Notes: generated by a model not told the origin, from the letters alone. A stretch of DNA of 64,000 nt from Octopus bimaculoides (GCF_001194135.2 NC_068995.1:53371478-53435477); one strand, 5' to 3'; counted from the stretch's first letter, positions 53,901 to 63,792 are shown. Translations and numbers: made by a program.

Positions 53901-55738
53901 TAGATTTTACTTATGAAAGAAGGCTTGATTCTGCCATGTTGTTCAGTTTAACCTGTGTAACAAGCTAACCTCACCTCTTCATCTACATAATATGATTTAG
54001 ATTTGCTGTATGAGAGCTAAATTGTACACTAACGATGATAACAAGAGCCTCTGAATTAACAATGGATTCTTTACATAGTTGCTCACTCCACTAAAAAGGT
54101 AGCCAAATCTCCCTCAAAGTATGTTGTGCTTTAAAAAAAATGGAACACATTGGTTAATATAGTGCTACATATATTGTCTTGGATGGTGGGGGGAACTAAT
54201 GAAGAGATGATTATGATGAGAATTCTTTTGGTAAAGGAATGCCTTTGATGGCCAGAGGCTAAAGAAGAACAGAAGAACAACATTAGATAATAGCTGATAG
54301 ATCAGAAGCATAAAGACTACTTCTCATTGCCTTTTCATTTTAAGACTGTCCATTAGCCAGTGACAAATGACACTTTCCTGATTCCTGTTTTGCAAATGAC
54401 ATCAGATGAAGGATAAGAATCTTGCTCTCAAGAATATCTCATTCCTTTTAAGTTTCCTACCTTATAAATTCTGTTAGGCATCCGAAGCATAGACCTCCTT
54501 CTGCAGAGAATACCAGTCTACCAAAGGTGATATTCCCAGATCTGGTGATTATAATCTCCAACAACTAATTGAACTATGACACACAAGAGTTAAGTACCTT
54601 GAAGAAGAAGAAGAAGAAGAAAAGACTCTAGTGGTCAATTTGAAACCAAGATCTCTTAGTTGGTAGTTGAACTCATTAGTTATACTCAACCATTTCACCT
54701 TCAGAATACAACACTTTTATTTAATTTTTATCCTTTTTTTTTGGGCTTTGGTATTCCAATTTTCTCTTTCTGTATTCTTTAATATTCTGTCTCATTCTAT
54801 TTGCTTTCTGGCATTCTAATTTTCTTTTGCTGTCTTTCAGCTCTAATAAACTACTTGTCAATTCGACTTTGCACTCGTTTTTGGTGGAGGAATGCATGTT
54901 AAATGTTCTGGAACAGCAGTCTGCAGACTGCCCCATTCATGGAGACCTTGGTCGTTATTGGGTTGCTTCAGATAATCAGCTTAAGAAACTTTATTTGGCC
55001 CCCGATATTGTGAGTGAAATAGACATTTTCTAAACTCCCCCTTACTTTAAAAAAAATTTTTTTTAAGAAAAAATGTTAATTCTAATAAAGATGAAATTGT
55101 TATCTCTCTTGTATTCAAATTGTAAACAGGCACTGTGTATAGGTACAAGCCATTGCTGAAAAAAAGAAACATAAGGGCACTTTGTATTTGATGATCAACA
55201 GACAGGAGTTCAAATCCTTGTTTGAATATTATAGTTTGAAGTGAGATTTTACAAGGTGACTTTTCCTGGGTGTGCCATGTGAAGGCAAAAACCTTCTGTG
55301 CCCCANNNNNNNNNNNNNNNNNNNNNNNNNNNNNNNNNNNNNNNNNNNNNNNNNNNNNNNNNNNNNNNNNNNNNNNNNNNNNNNNNNNNNNNNNNNNNNN
55401 NNNNNNNNNNNNNNNNNNNNNNNNNNNNNNNNNNNNNNNNNNNNGTATTACTCTGTATGGGCTGAGTTTCTTCAAAATCCCCCTCTCTCTCTCTTTCTTT
55501 CTTTCTCTCTCTCTTTCTCTTTCTTTCTCTCTCTCTTTCTTTCTCTCTCTCTGTCTTTCTTTCTCTCTCTCTTTCTTTCTCTCTCTCTTTCTTTCTTTCT
55601 CTCTCTCTCTTTCTTTCTCTCTCTCTCTTTCTTTCTCTCTCTCTCTTTCTTTCTCTCTCTCTCTTTCTTTCTTTCTCTCTTTCTTTCTTTCTCTCTCTCT
55701 TTCTTTCTTTCTCTCTCTCTCTTTCTCTCTATCTTTCT

Positions 55739-55788
<50 letters not shown>

Positions 55789-58700
55789 TACACACACATC
55801 GTACAAAACTGAATTATTTGAGTGTGTCAGCATCATCTGTGAGTATGTATGTGTGTTCATTATTTTTGATTGTTTATAATTGTTATATACAAATAACTCA
55901 CAGATGAATTAGTTAATCCATCTTTTGTGAGATAATTATATAATTATTATGCAAATGTATGATGTAAAAAATAACTATGTAACATGTTCTGTTGAATTTT
56001 CTCAGAATTTGCCTGCGAAATCAAGTGCCATAAAAAATTTGTGTGATACTAAAAGAAATAGTACGGTAAGTTTGAATTTCATTGGTTAATAATCGCTCGG
56101 TTTCTGATTGTTGTTTGGGATAAATTATTTGATTATTGATTTTTTAGCCCTTGTTTACACAGTTCAATGGCTGAATCAATTAAAGGATAGAGAATAAAAG
56201 AGAAAAAAACTTATAAACCGTTAATATATATTTGGTAGTATATTATGACTGATTGTTTCTTTAGAAGTGTAAGTTTTTACAGGGTTGGGTTGCTGGCCCA
56301 ATTCCTAGCCCTCCTCCTTTCTGATCCTGGACTTGGGACCAGATCATGGTGGAAGATGACAGCAAAAAGTTGCCCACCAACTCAACGTATTTCATCAGTG
56401 GTGCCTCAGGTAGATCCTAAGAATCTTTTATTGAGATAGAGTGACAAATGAAGCCATTCTCCAAGCAGCAAGAGTAAGGCCCCTGCATGCACTTGTAAGT
56501 GAATGACAAATGGGAATGGCTGGTCATGTACTAAAACTGCCTGAGGAGAGGTTTGCCAAAACAGCCATGGGCTGGAGGGTAAGAGAAAAAGAGGCTGGCC
56601 AAGGAAGACATGGTGTTGTACCTTCAAAGAAGACCTATTGGACATCACCTGGGAAGAAGCAGACTGGTTGGCCAAGGATGGAGATAATTGGCGATTTCTG
56701 ACTGCCTGATGTGCTGCTCAAAGGTACCAACGGACATCATCATCATCACCACCACCACCACCGCCAGTGTTGTAATTTCAGTCGCTTAGACATGGAAACC
56801 AGACTAAGATCCAGCTTTATAGGTTCTAGGGCTCAGAAAAGACCTAATTCTGTCTATTAGTTAATTCATTATAAAATTGTATTTTCTGTAAGATTATATT
56901 GTTTTCTGTGAACTAATCTGTGTTCTTTTTTTCTTTTTCTTCTGCAGACAATTGACCATCGTATGTATAATGCAGTCCATGCGTATACAACAGCACGGCA
57001 AGAGATTGCAATTCTTCAGTCTCTTCATCATCCACAGATTGTTGAACTTTTGGGCGTCGTTATTCATCCTTTGGCCTTAGTTCTTGAATTGGCACCACAT
57101 GGCTCACTGAATTCTTTATTGAAAACATATCGAGATAAGCAAGACATGCTGCCTGTGTTTGCTGTTAAAAATGTTATATTACAGGTTTGTAGTCAATGAG
57201 TCTCTTTCTGAAAATATTGTTGTTCTGTAGTAGAAATGTCTTGTTTCCATAAGTTTTGAATTAAAATCTTCCACCAAACCTTAGTCACAATTTATGTTCC
57301 TAACACTAGCTGAATGATAACTAAGTTACTTTACTAAATTCTTTGTTATATTTAAAATTAATTGAAAGAAACACAGAGAATCTTAAATGAAATGCAGTAA
57401 TGAAAGGGTTAAGTTAGCAAGTTAGCAGAATGATTACTGCACCAGGCAAAATGCTTTGGGACGTTTTGCTCATCTTTAGGTTCTGAGTTCAAATTATGCC
57501 AAAGTCAACTTTACCTCTCATCCTTTCAGGTTGATGTAATCTACTAGCTCTCTCCCCCAACACTGCTGGCTTTGTGCCAAATAATAATCCTTGAAGTCTT
57601 CCCCATTTTTAAAAATCTTATCTCTTCCTTTTTTTCCCCCCTCCTTTCAGATTGCTTCAGCATTATCTTATCTCCATTCAAAAGGAATAATCTACCGCGA
57701 CCTTAAATCGGAAAACGTCCTTGTCTGGTCATTCCCCATTCCACTTACAGTAAAGCCTGACTTCCACGTTGATGTCAGGCTTGCTGACTACGGCATCAGT
57801 CGTATGTCCCTACCGACTGGAACTAAAGGCTTTGGTGGAACGCCACCTTTCATTGCTCCAGAGATACTTCAACATGTTGGAAAGGACATCTACACAGATA
57901 AGGTAAGGGATCTAATTAAGGGTTTATTCAAAAAAAATTTTTTTTTTTTTTTTTACTTGTTTCAGTCGTTTAACTGTGGCCATGCTGGAGCCACCACCTT
58001 GAGCTGGAGTAGTCTTCAATGTTTGTTTTTTTCTTTTTTGTTTCTATGTTTCTGCAGACAGAAAATTTCTTTTCTTTTCTTAACCCATCTTNNNNNNNNN
58101 NNNNNNNNNNNNNNNNTTTTTTTTTTTTTTTACTTGTTTCAGTCGTTTAACTGTGGCCATGCTGGAGCCACCACCTTGAGCTGGAGTAGTCTTCAATGTT
58201 TGTTTTTTTCTTTTTTGTTTCTATGTTTCTGCAGACAGAAAATTTCTTTTCTTTTCTTAACCCATCTTGTTTCAGTCATTGGACTGTGGTCATACTGGGG
58301 CACAACCTTGAAAGAGTTTTCTTGAACAAATCAATCCTCGGTGATTTTTTTTCTTTTAAAAACTGGTGCTTATTCTGCTGGTCAGTTTTGTCAAACCACT
58401 AAGTTACAGGGATGTAAATAAACCAACACCAGTTGTTAAGCATGGAGCTGGGGATACAACCACAAAGACACACACACACAGGTGTGTTTACATCCCTGTA
58501 ACCTAGCAGTTCGGCAAAAGAGCCCAATAGAATAAGTACTAGGCTTACAAAGAATAAGTCCTGGGGTCGATATGCTCGACTAAAGGCGGTGCTCCAGCAT
58601 GGCTGCAACCAAATGACTGAAACATAGAAAACACTTCTGAGCCTTTATTTGATTGCCTGGTCTGCTAGAAATAGCAACTATATCTATTTCAGCTTCCATC

Positions 58701-59892
58701 CTCTCAACTTTTTAATTGGATAATATTATCTTAAATGGTTATTGTTAGAATTTCTTTGGTCATAAGTCAGTTTGATATATATTTTTTATTCACCATCATC
58801 ATCATCATCATCATTTAATGTCCATTTTCCATGCTGGCATGGGTTGGACAGTTTGACAGGAGCTGGCCAGCTGGGTAGCTGTCCAGAGTCCAGTTGTCTC
58901 TACTGGCATGGTTTTCTGCAACAGGATGCCCTTCCTAATGCCAACCACTCTTCAACGGGTGCTGGGTGCCTAGTGGAAATGAAAAATTCTCAAATACACA
59001 AATAAAAAGATATGAATTTTGTTTTTTCCTTTTCAGGTTGATAGCTTCTCCTTTGGAATGTTTATCTATGAATTGGTCACTTGTCAGCAACCATTATGGA
59101 AAGAATCTCATGTTAATAATTTTATCTGCCAAGGTGGACGGCCAAAAGTAACTCCTGAGGTAGGATTCTGAATCTTCCCTTTCTCGGATTTTTTTCTTTT
59201 AGGTTTTTTTCTTCAGTGTATTAGTAACTTATTCATCACAATATCATTGTATCAACCAGACTATTGAATGTTGTTATACATCGCTAGTCACAGTGCACTT
59301 TATATTGTTTTAGCTTTTCAATGATGTCACCCCACTGGCTAGGCAAACAGGCCAACATTTCCCCCTTGACCAGAAGGTTAGTCCATCCACAGGATGACCC
59401 TTTTACACTTGAGTGGAGTGGAACAACATGAAGTGAAGTGTTTTGCTCAAGAATACAATGCACTGTCCGGTTTGGGAATTGAACCCATCATGAATGCAAC
59501 AGTCTAACCACTTGTATGTAGACAATCAAAATATGGTATGGCCAAGGAAACAGGTGGAGCCCTGTTAGAATTTTCTTCAGGTCAAGTAGCCCATCCTGCT
59601 CAAAAGGTCGCTCAATAAGGGTTGTTTAAGGATGATGAACAAAACACCTATGTTTCCAAAGGTGAATTATTCAAACCTCAAAGAATTCCTCTCAACACAT
59701 GGCTATGATGCTCCCCCACTTCTTCTGCTTGTGATCAGAGATGCACATATCGTCAGCCAGCAAGGGACATGCTCACTGGTTAAGGTCATGTAACCAACAA
59801 GCAAATCTGTGGTATTGAGCAGAATATTTGCTGAAGCCCATCTTTTATACCAAGATAAAACATGCACATGATAACACTTCCAATAGTTAAGA

Positions 59893-59937
<45 letters not shown>

Positions 59938-60238
59938 CAATATTTGTTATTCTCCAGGAGACCGAATGTCCTTCCCATTTTCTTGATTTGATGACACTCT
60001 GCTGGTCACAGGAAGCCAAAGATCGTCCTTCTATGGACGACATCATTAAATTAGCAAGTTGTACAGAGTTTTGCCACTTTATGGATGCCGTTTCACTTGA
60101 AGCTGCTGTAACTGTTTTAGCATCATGCATATTCTTTTATGGATCCTCATCAGAGTCGTGTGCATATGGTAAGCTGTCTTCACATTATCATCTGCATTAT
60201 AACTCACATATATATATGTATGTCTGTCTGTGTTGATT

Positions 60239-60282
<44 letters not shown>

Positions 60283-60904
60283 ATATATATAAGTATGTTT
60301 ATATATATATATGTGTGTGTATATATATGTATATGTTTATATATATATGTATGTATATTTGTAGGTATGTGTTATGTGTAGGTGTGTATGTTTATATGTT
60401 TGTGTGTATGTATGTTTATATGTATGTGTGTGTATATATATGTATATATGTATATATGTAATATCCACCCCCTCACTGTTCCACTCTCTGTTTCTGTCTC
60501 TCCCCCTCCATCTCTCCCTCCTCTCTCCTTCTCATTATACAAACATATCTTGTCTTTTTAGATAATATACGAGATATTGGGGAAAGTTATACCCAACTCT
60601 GGCTAAGCACTCACCTAGCTGATAAAAATATGCTGGAAATCTACACCTTCTACCGAAATAAATGTGTGGAGAGCAAGGTAACTCATTTACACAATTATTT
60701 TCCTTATTTCTCTGTAAACTAACCCACGTGCACATTTTTTTCTCCATTTTCCATTCAAGAGGAAAATTACTGAAGTTGCTTTCTTTTTTTCTTTGTTTTT
60801 CTTTTTGTCTTCAAGTTTGTGAAACACCTCTCCGTACATGCCCTGTGCAGCAGTGACCAGCATGTGTGGGGTCTTGGAAATAAACAAATGGTATACGTAT
60901 TCAG
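30266..60904 (+). CDS. LRRK1: LRRK1-type leucine-rich repeat serine/threonine kinase (Roco protein: ANK-LRR-ROC-COR-kinase-WD40), whole span of 28 visible coding exons; 3' end unresolved
   Basis: Manually spliced exons, all GT-AG and phase-consistent. Diagnostic motifs: ankyrin TPLHVA, LRRs, ROC P-loop GTHNVGKTS, STVGID, WDFGGQ, IGTHLD, COR FLDPQWLC, kinase YRDLKSEN, DYG, APE. The DYG triad plus ROC-COR is LRRK-family specific; no ARM region is seen, so LRRK1/Lrrk/lrk-1 type. Exact orthology needs a phylogeny. Confidence 0.93.
31545..31860 (+). mobile_element. SINE family A 3' halves (two tails)
   Basis: cagcatggccgcagtcaaatgactgaaac and a second body and tail after (TA)n. Confidence 0.75.
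34062..34102 (+). CDS. LRRK1: LRRK exon 2 (41-nt microexon, ANLNLPGGPKCHNN)
   Basis: ttttcag/gtaagt; phase 1 to 0 joins exon 1 to TPLHVA, completing an ankyrin GA-x-x-N...TPLH pattern. Confidence 0.85.
35775..36033 (+). mobile_element. (GAT)n-tailed retroposon family D (other pieces about 2440-2570, 39265-39355, 48590-48740; minus strand 58795-58960)
   Basis: gtgcaggtggca.gtaaaaagca...gttaggaagggca.tcagctgtag...aacccatgccagcatggaaa...gttaaac.atgatgatgat is shared among copies. Confidence 0.8.
36295..36430 (+). mobile_element. SINE family A head
   Basis: gtggcacctt..gcaagtgtcttct...gctttgtgagtggattt. Confidence 0.75.
36752..36917 (+). CDS. LRRK1: LRRK exon 3 (ankyrin)
   Basis: ttgcag/gtaaat; TPLHVAVEKGFKDIVVTLLDAGADLNALN; phase 0 to 1. 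Confidence 0.9.
37830..37960 (-). mobile_element. SINE family A head, reverse orientation
   Basis: actcacaag...gccacgcagtgggactgaaccagaaacc. Confidence 0.75.
38393..38510 (+). CDS. LRRK1: LRRK exon 4 (ankyrin)
   Basis: tttacag/gtaagt; EFLLACEQGDMMRALELREKIGDRAESIISAMKYNKTLL; phase 1 to 2. Confidence 0.87.
38738..38882 (+). CDS. LRRK1: LRRK exon 5 (ankyrin)
   Basis: ttccag/gtaaga; VCRSGEKDLV...KSPLHVSCEEGHLEVTLLLLE; phase 2 to 0. Confidence 0.9.
39040..39230 (-). mobile_element. SINE family A 3' half
   Basis: ttcagtcatttgactgcggccatgctgg...gatgtaaacacaccaac. Confidence 0.8.
39440..39754 (+). CDS. LRRK1: LRRK exon 6 (ankyrin)
   Basis: ttccag/gtagag; KYPENAALRCPNGRLAIHYAAMNG...SALYHACENGH; phase 0 to 0. 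Confidence 0.9.
40302..41749 (+). CDS. LRRK1: LRRK exon 7 (last ankyrins and first LRRs, 1448 nt)
   Basis: ttccag/gtgagt; LSPLQIAV ankyrin, then LxxLxLxxN repeats (INLQGNRI, LDISHNEV, LNISHNKL, LNASYNRL); phase 0 to 2. Confidence 0.95.
42170..42282 (+). pseudogene. RTE (BovB-like) LINE fragment
   Basis: ATSIKVTLLKMCLCWAGHVTGMEDHRLHKITLYGE matches LRWAGHV.RM.D.R.PK..LYGE. Confidence 0.75.
42328..42553 (+). CDS. LRRK1: LRRK exon 8 (LRR)
   Basis: ttgtag/gtaaga; CVHRQHRILVNLQTLNLHANRLSSL; phase 2 to 0. Confidence 0.9.
42737..43245 (-). mobile_element. 5'-truncated R4/Dong-clade non-LTR retrotransposon (restriction-like endonuclease domain, 3'UTR, (CAA)n tail)
   Basis: Minus strand WYGHKPEGIVENRNAKILWDFMIQCD...DIVLIEK...IIDIVCP.D...RY..L..EVKKLW...VVPINVGALG...LQKTALLGTARIL*, with two in-frame stops. 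Confidence 0.85.
43285..43440 (+). CDS. LRRK1: LRRK exon 9 (LRR)
   Basis: tttcag/gtacgt; FPNLTMLDVSFNRI...LKMLNLSDNDIRE; phase 0 to 0. Confidence 0.92.
44078..44220 (+). CDS. LRRK1: LRRK exon 10 (last LRR and cap)
   Basis: gacag/gtaaga; LPAEMGLLKRLWKLDLENCPL...ITGFLNSVLE; phase 0 to 2. Confidence 0.92.
44616..44733 (+). CDS. LRRK1: LRRK exon 11 (ROC P-loop)
   Basis: ttgcag/gtatgt; LMLVGTHNVGKTSLL (GxxxxGKT/S); phase 2 to 0. Confidence 0.93.
45829..45969 (+). CDS. LRRK1: LRRK exon 12 (ROC switch I/II)
   Basis: ttccag/gtaaaa; HWVERIG...LSTVGID...ITFRTWDFGGQ; phase 0 to 0. Confidence 0.93.
46001..46294. mobile_element. Foldback/MULE-type non-autonomous element
   Basis: About 100-bp imperfect inverted arms built from ttt(t/c)gtcc / ggac(a/g)aaa subrepeats; 9-bp direct repeat tcactatac at 45992-46000 and 46295-46303. 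Confidence 0.72.
47432..47554 (+). CDS. LRRK1: LRRK exon 13 (ROC)
   Basis: cgcag/gtaagt; REYYATHRYFLLKRSLYLVIW...WLINIQ; phase 0 to 0. Confidence 0.93.
47975..48150 (+). mobile_element. SINE family A 3' half
   Basis: ccactgcttgataactggtgttggt...cccagcatggtcacggtc. Confidence 0.7.
48230..48491 (+). CDS. LRRK1: LRRK exon 14 (ROC G4/G5)
   Basis: ttccag/gtatgt; SQAPGSSVIIIGTHLD...VSNITG; phase 0 to 1. Confidence 0.92.
48987..49119 (+). CDS. LRRK1: LRRK exon 15 (COR-A)
   Basis: ttgcag/gtaagt; LLKQKIPKKYLYLQEIV...DPVLT; phase 1 to 2. Confidence 0.9.
49612..49706 (+). CDS. LRRK1: LRRK exon 16 (COR-A)
   Basis: ttatag/gtaaat; FRDVAELDQATHFLHENG; phase 2 to 1. Confidence 0.92.
50521..50643 (+). CDS. 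LRRK1: LRRK exon 17 (COR-A)
   Basis: ttttag/gtttgt; GVLCHYEDINLSDTYFLDPQWLCDQLAKVVTIREVN (not in ORF track); phase 1 to 1. Confidence 0.93.
50841..51070 (+). mobile_element. SINE family C, 5'-truncated, intact hammerhead
   Basis: taaccccaagattcc...(AAT)n...gacacctgatgaaggctggagggtatatcagccgaaacgttgtgtt...aaatgtaaataatgta. Confidence 0.9.
50977..51022 (+). ncRNA. Minimal type I hammerhead ribozyme motif, intact, sense to LRRK intron
   Basis: Stem I 50977-81/51018-22, CUGAUGA 50982-88, stem II 50990-94/51005-09, GAAA 51010-13, predicted cleavage after 51017. Confidence 0.75.
51191..51372 (+). CDS. LRRK1: LRRK exon 18 (COR-A)
   Basis: tttcag/gtaagt; LLSKFELALQFDKDKLLIPSLLP; phase 1 to 0. Confidence 0.93.
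51963..52666 (+). CDS. LRRK1: LRRK exon 19 (linker and COR-B)
   Basis: gatcag/gtaaat; RIYQLMYIPSGFWPQVITRLL...WRCWQKQMEL; phase 0 to 2. Confidence 0.92.
52915..53247 (+). CDS. LRRK1: LRRK exon 20 (COR-B)
   Basis: ttgtag/gtaagt; LLARVIEHVDNLLQDWYPELGEQRF...LVPCPCC; phase 2 to 2. Confidence 0.9.
54841..55009 (+). CDS. LRRK1: LRRK exon 21 (COR-B end)
   Basis: tttcag/gtgagt; FLVEEC...DCPIHG...LAPDI; phase 2 to 0. Confidence 0.9.
55306..55444. other. Assembly gap (139 N). Other gaps: 3981-4194, 5317-6022, ~12010-12545, ~17150-17324, 19551-20120, 24460-25241, 50085-50352, 58092-58116
   Basis: N runs, mostly abutting (TA)n tracts. Confidence 0.95.
55483..55790. repeat. (CT/CTTT)n polypyrimidine microsatellite
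   Basis: Visible compound repeat. Confidence 0.95.
56006..56065 (+). CDS. LRRK1: LRRK 60-nt exon (kinase beta3-alphaC insert, NLPAKSSAIKNLCDTKRNST)
   Basis: ttctcag/gtaagt; open in phase 0 to 0; its length fits the insert expected between VAxK and the TARQE helix. Confidence 0.65.
56440..56760 (+). pseudogene. RTE-like LINE 3' end with (CAT/CAC)n tail
   Basis: AGHVLKLPEERFAKTAMGW... followed by a KDGDNWR-like end and catcatcat tail. Confidence 0.7.
56948..57184 (+). CDS. LRRK1: LRRK kinase exon (alphaC to alphaE)
   Basis: ctgcag/gtttgt; AYTTARQEIAILQSLHHPQIVELLGVVIHPLALVLELAPHGSL; phase 0 to 0. Confidence 0.95.
57651..57902 (+). CDS. LRRK1: LRRK kinase exon (catalytic loop, DYG, APE)
   Basis: tttcag/gtaagg; IIYRDLKSENVLVW...LADYGISR...GFGGTPPFIAPEIL; phase 0 to 0. 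Confidence 0.97.
58268..58625. mobile_element. Two SINE family A 3' halves in inverted orientation
   Basis: Minus copy 58268-58435, plus copy 58480-58625. Confidence 0.8.
59037..59159 (+). CDS. LRRK1: LRRK kinase exon (alphaF-G)
   Basis: tttcag/gtagga; VDSFSFGMFIYELVTCQQP...GGRP; phase 0 to 0. Confidence 0.95.
59958..60168 (+). CDS. LRRK1: LRRK kinase C-terminal exon
   Basis: ctccag/gtaagc; LDLMTLCWSQEAKDRPS...EFCHFMD; phase 0 to 1. Confidence 0.93.
60562..60677 (+). CDS. LRRK1: LRRK WD40-region exon
   Basis: ttttag/gtaact; DNIRDIGESYTQLWLSTH...LEIYTF; phase 1 to 0. Confidence 0.8.
60816..60904 (+). CDS. LRRK1: LRRK WD40-region exon
   Basis: tcaag/gtaagt; FVKHLSVHALCSSDQHVWGLGNKQMVYVF (beta-propeller-like); phase 0 to 2; weaker AAG acceptor. 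Confidence 0.72.
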
Positions 60905-62289
60905 GTAAGTCAATATTTATTATTAACATAACCCCTTCCCTTACACACAACCTCTGAAAGATAAACGGAGACAAATGAAATAAAGTATTTATTATCACTG
61001 GATTGATTTAAGCCAGCAAACTGGCAGAATGGTTAGCATGCCAGGCAAATTGCTTAGTGGCATTTTGTCTGTCTTTAGACTCTGAGTTCAAATTCTGCCA
61101 CGGTAAGCTTTATTTCCATCTTTTTGTGGTCGATAAAATACTTTCTCAAATGAGTTTCAAACTTTGTGTCTCTGGAATGAATTAATATTGTTGTTTTTTA
61201 ATTTTATTATCGTTGAAAGCTGTCCTAATCAGCAACATTTTAGCGTTGATGTCGGTGAATTGAACATCAGAGATGCTTTAACTCAAGTAGAACCGTCAAT
61301 CAGAATCTAGGGTCTTTTCATTATACGAGGATGAACAAATATTAATTACAGAATAACTGAAAGCAAAATGTAAAAAATGTGAAGTCACAGAGTTATCTCC
61401 CATGAAAATATTTTTTTGTTTTTTTTTCCAACTGTACAGGGGAGGTAACTCTCATTCATTAAATACGTTTGTGCGTCTGTCAGGACGAAATGTAAATGTG
61501 CCAATTGGTGCCGAATTCTTGCGTTTACTGCACCGTTTCTTTGTATTTGAGAATTGACTGTATTCAGTTTGTATCGGTAATTTTTGATTGTTAATAAGAA
61601 TTAAACCATAGGTTGACGGTCAGATGGATGCCAAATAATCATAAGTTTGTAAAACTATCTCAAAACACTCAAGGGTAACACTCAAGAGAAAAAAAAAGTG
61701 ATTTAATAATGTAATAAATTCTTTTACTTGTCCCATTACACAAATTAATCCCGCCAAATATGCAACTAAAATTATATAGATTTAAAATTGCTCAAGGACT
61801 TCACGAGTCTATATATAGTTATGTCCCTTAGCGTAAAGTGACCATGCCTGAACGGTGTTCACATTTATCTTCCATTCTTCCGAAATCTTGATAAAATACT
61901 TAAAGGACCTTGTACCAAGTATAGAAATTATTATTATTAGAATATTACAGAAACAGTGTCGTCCTAAGGCATGGGGACACTGGGCGGTTATATATATATA
62001 TGACATTTACCATGTGAACTACGATGAAAAAGCATGAGAAAGATATGGGATATAATTTCTTTTGTGCAGGGGTTCCTTGAGACATGTAATTTATTTTAAG
62101 GGTTACGCAAGGGTAGAAAGGTTGAGAAGAACTGCTCTAGAAGGCAAAATCTCATTTGTGTATATTGTGGCTTGCTGTCAAGAAATAAACACTACTGTAC
62201 TCAGTGCACTGATTTTCCCTGGGGCCTATAATGCTGTTAAGACGGGCCTGGATAGAAATGCTAGAACGTGGAACTGAATATGGTACAAT

Positions 62290-62680
62290 GTTTCCCGGAC
62301 GAAATGCTTAGCGGTATTTCGTCTGCCGTTACGTTCTGAGTTCAAATTCCGCCGAGGTCGACTTTGCCTGTCATCCTTCCGGGATCGATGAATTAAGTAC
62401 CAGTTGCGCACTGCGGTCGATGTAATCGACTTAATCCCTTTGTCTGTCCTTGTTTGTCCCTTTTATGTTTATCCCCCTTTGTGCAATAAAGAAATAAGAA
62501 ACGTTACCACGCCGGTATTTCGTTTGTCTTTACGTTCTGAGTTCAAATTCCGTCGAGGTCGACTTTGCCTTTCATTCTTTCGGCGTCGAAAAATTAAGTA
62601 CCAGTTGCGTATTGGGTCGATCTAATCGACTGGCCCCTACCCCAAAATTTCGGCCCTTGTGCCTAGAGCTGAAAACAATA
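62290..62680 (+). mobile_element. Two tandem CpG-intact SINE family B copies (decayed copies about 520-660, 10170-10290, 57430-57560, 61015-61140)
   Basis: cgttctgagttcaaattccg.cgaggtcgactttgcct.tcat.ct..cgg..tcga...attaagtaccagttgcg occurs twice; the central domain resembles MetaSINE/Sauria-type cores (recall, unverified). Confidence 0.85.
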
Positions 62681-63792
62681 TTTCTAATTAGCTCTGCTAT
62701 GTTACGTATGGATTTGTTTGTGCCACTGCTTGCTGATAATATCAAACTCTTTTTAACTATATCTAAGACTCAATAAGCTAATCTACGTAAGTCAGGTCAT
62801 ATCAGAACATCAACCATTTCTCTTTAACGCGGAACGATATAGTTGGTATAGAGTTATCGAACTTGGTTCTTATTTAAACTGCTATTTCGGTAATGTTCTT
62901 TCGAAATAAGAATATTAAATACAAAATATTTAGGACAATATAGATTTTAGTGGAAATAAACTGTAGCAACACGTCAGTTGACGTGTATGTTGGATTGAGA
63001 TGTTACAAGGTCAAATTAATATGTCTAGAATCTATTTTTATTAACTCGCTAACATCTTCGCGTGTTAATTTGCATGGGAGGTAATTATTGCAATTTTACA
63101 TTCTGTAGAAAATTTAGTTTTTCTCTTCTCGTTTGTCTCAATCTCTCTCAATAATTCACCCCCCCTCTCTCTCTGTATGAAGGTTAATAGTAGTCAGCTT
63201 ACTTTTAAAAGCATTGATTATTAAATGGAAAATTATAATTCTTACAAATAATTTTCTGTTTTAGTGAGGAAAAATATTGTTTCATGTTAAAAAGAAAATC
63301 ATGTCATAGAAAGCATTACGTACCACACCTAAATTTTCTTTTGGTTTTTAACTAAAATTCAATGACGGTCTGTGTGATCGAGTGCTTGTGCTTCTGTGTG
63401 TGTGTGTGTGTGTGCGTGTGCGCGCACGTGTGTAATATATGAATGTGTGGCTGAATGGTGAACGCACATGGCTCAGTGATTAGAGCATTGAGCTCAAAAT
63501 CATGTAGTAGTGAGTTCAATTCCCGGACCGGCTGTGTGTTGTGTTCTTGAGCAAGACACTTTATTTCACGTTGCTCCAGTTCACTCAGCTGTAGAAATGA
63601 ATTGTGATGTAACTGGTGCCAAGTTGTATCGGCCCCTTTGCCTTTCCCTTGGATAACACCACTGACGTGGAGAGGAGAGGCTGGTATACATTTTCATGGT
63701 TATTTAGGTGCTATTTTTGGCAGGTCAAGCAACCATGCTATGACCCCACTGATCGTAAATTTTGGTACACCACTTAATTGCACTTATTTCAG

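Noticed and set aside
61389-61452. 13-bp inverted repeat agagttatctccc / gggaggtaactct
   Set aside because: Short, with a U-rich spacer; could be a MITE remnant, and there is no support for function.
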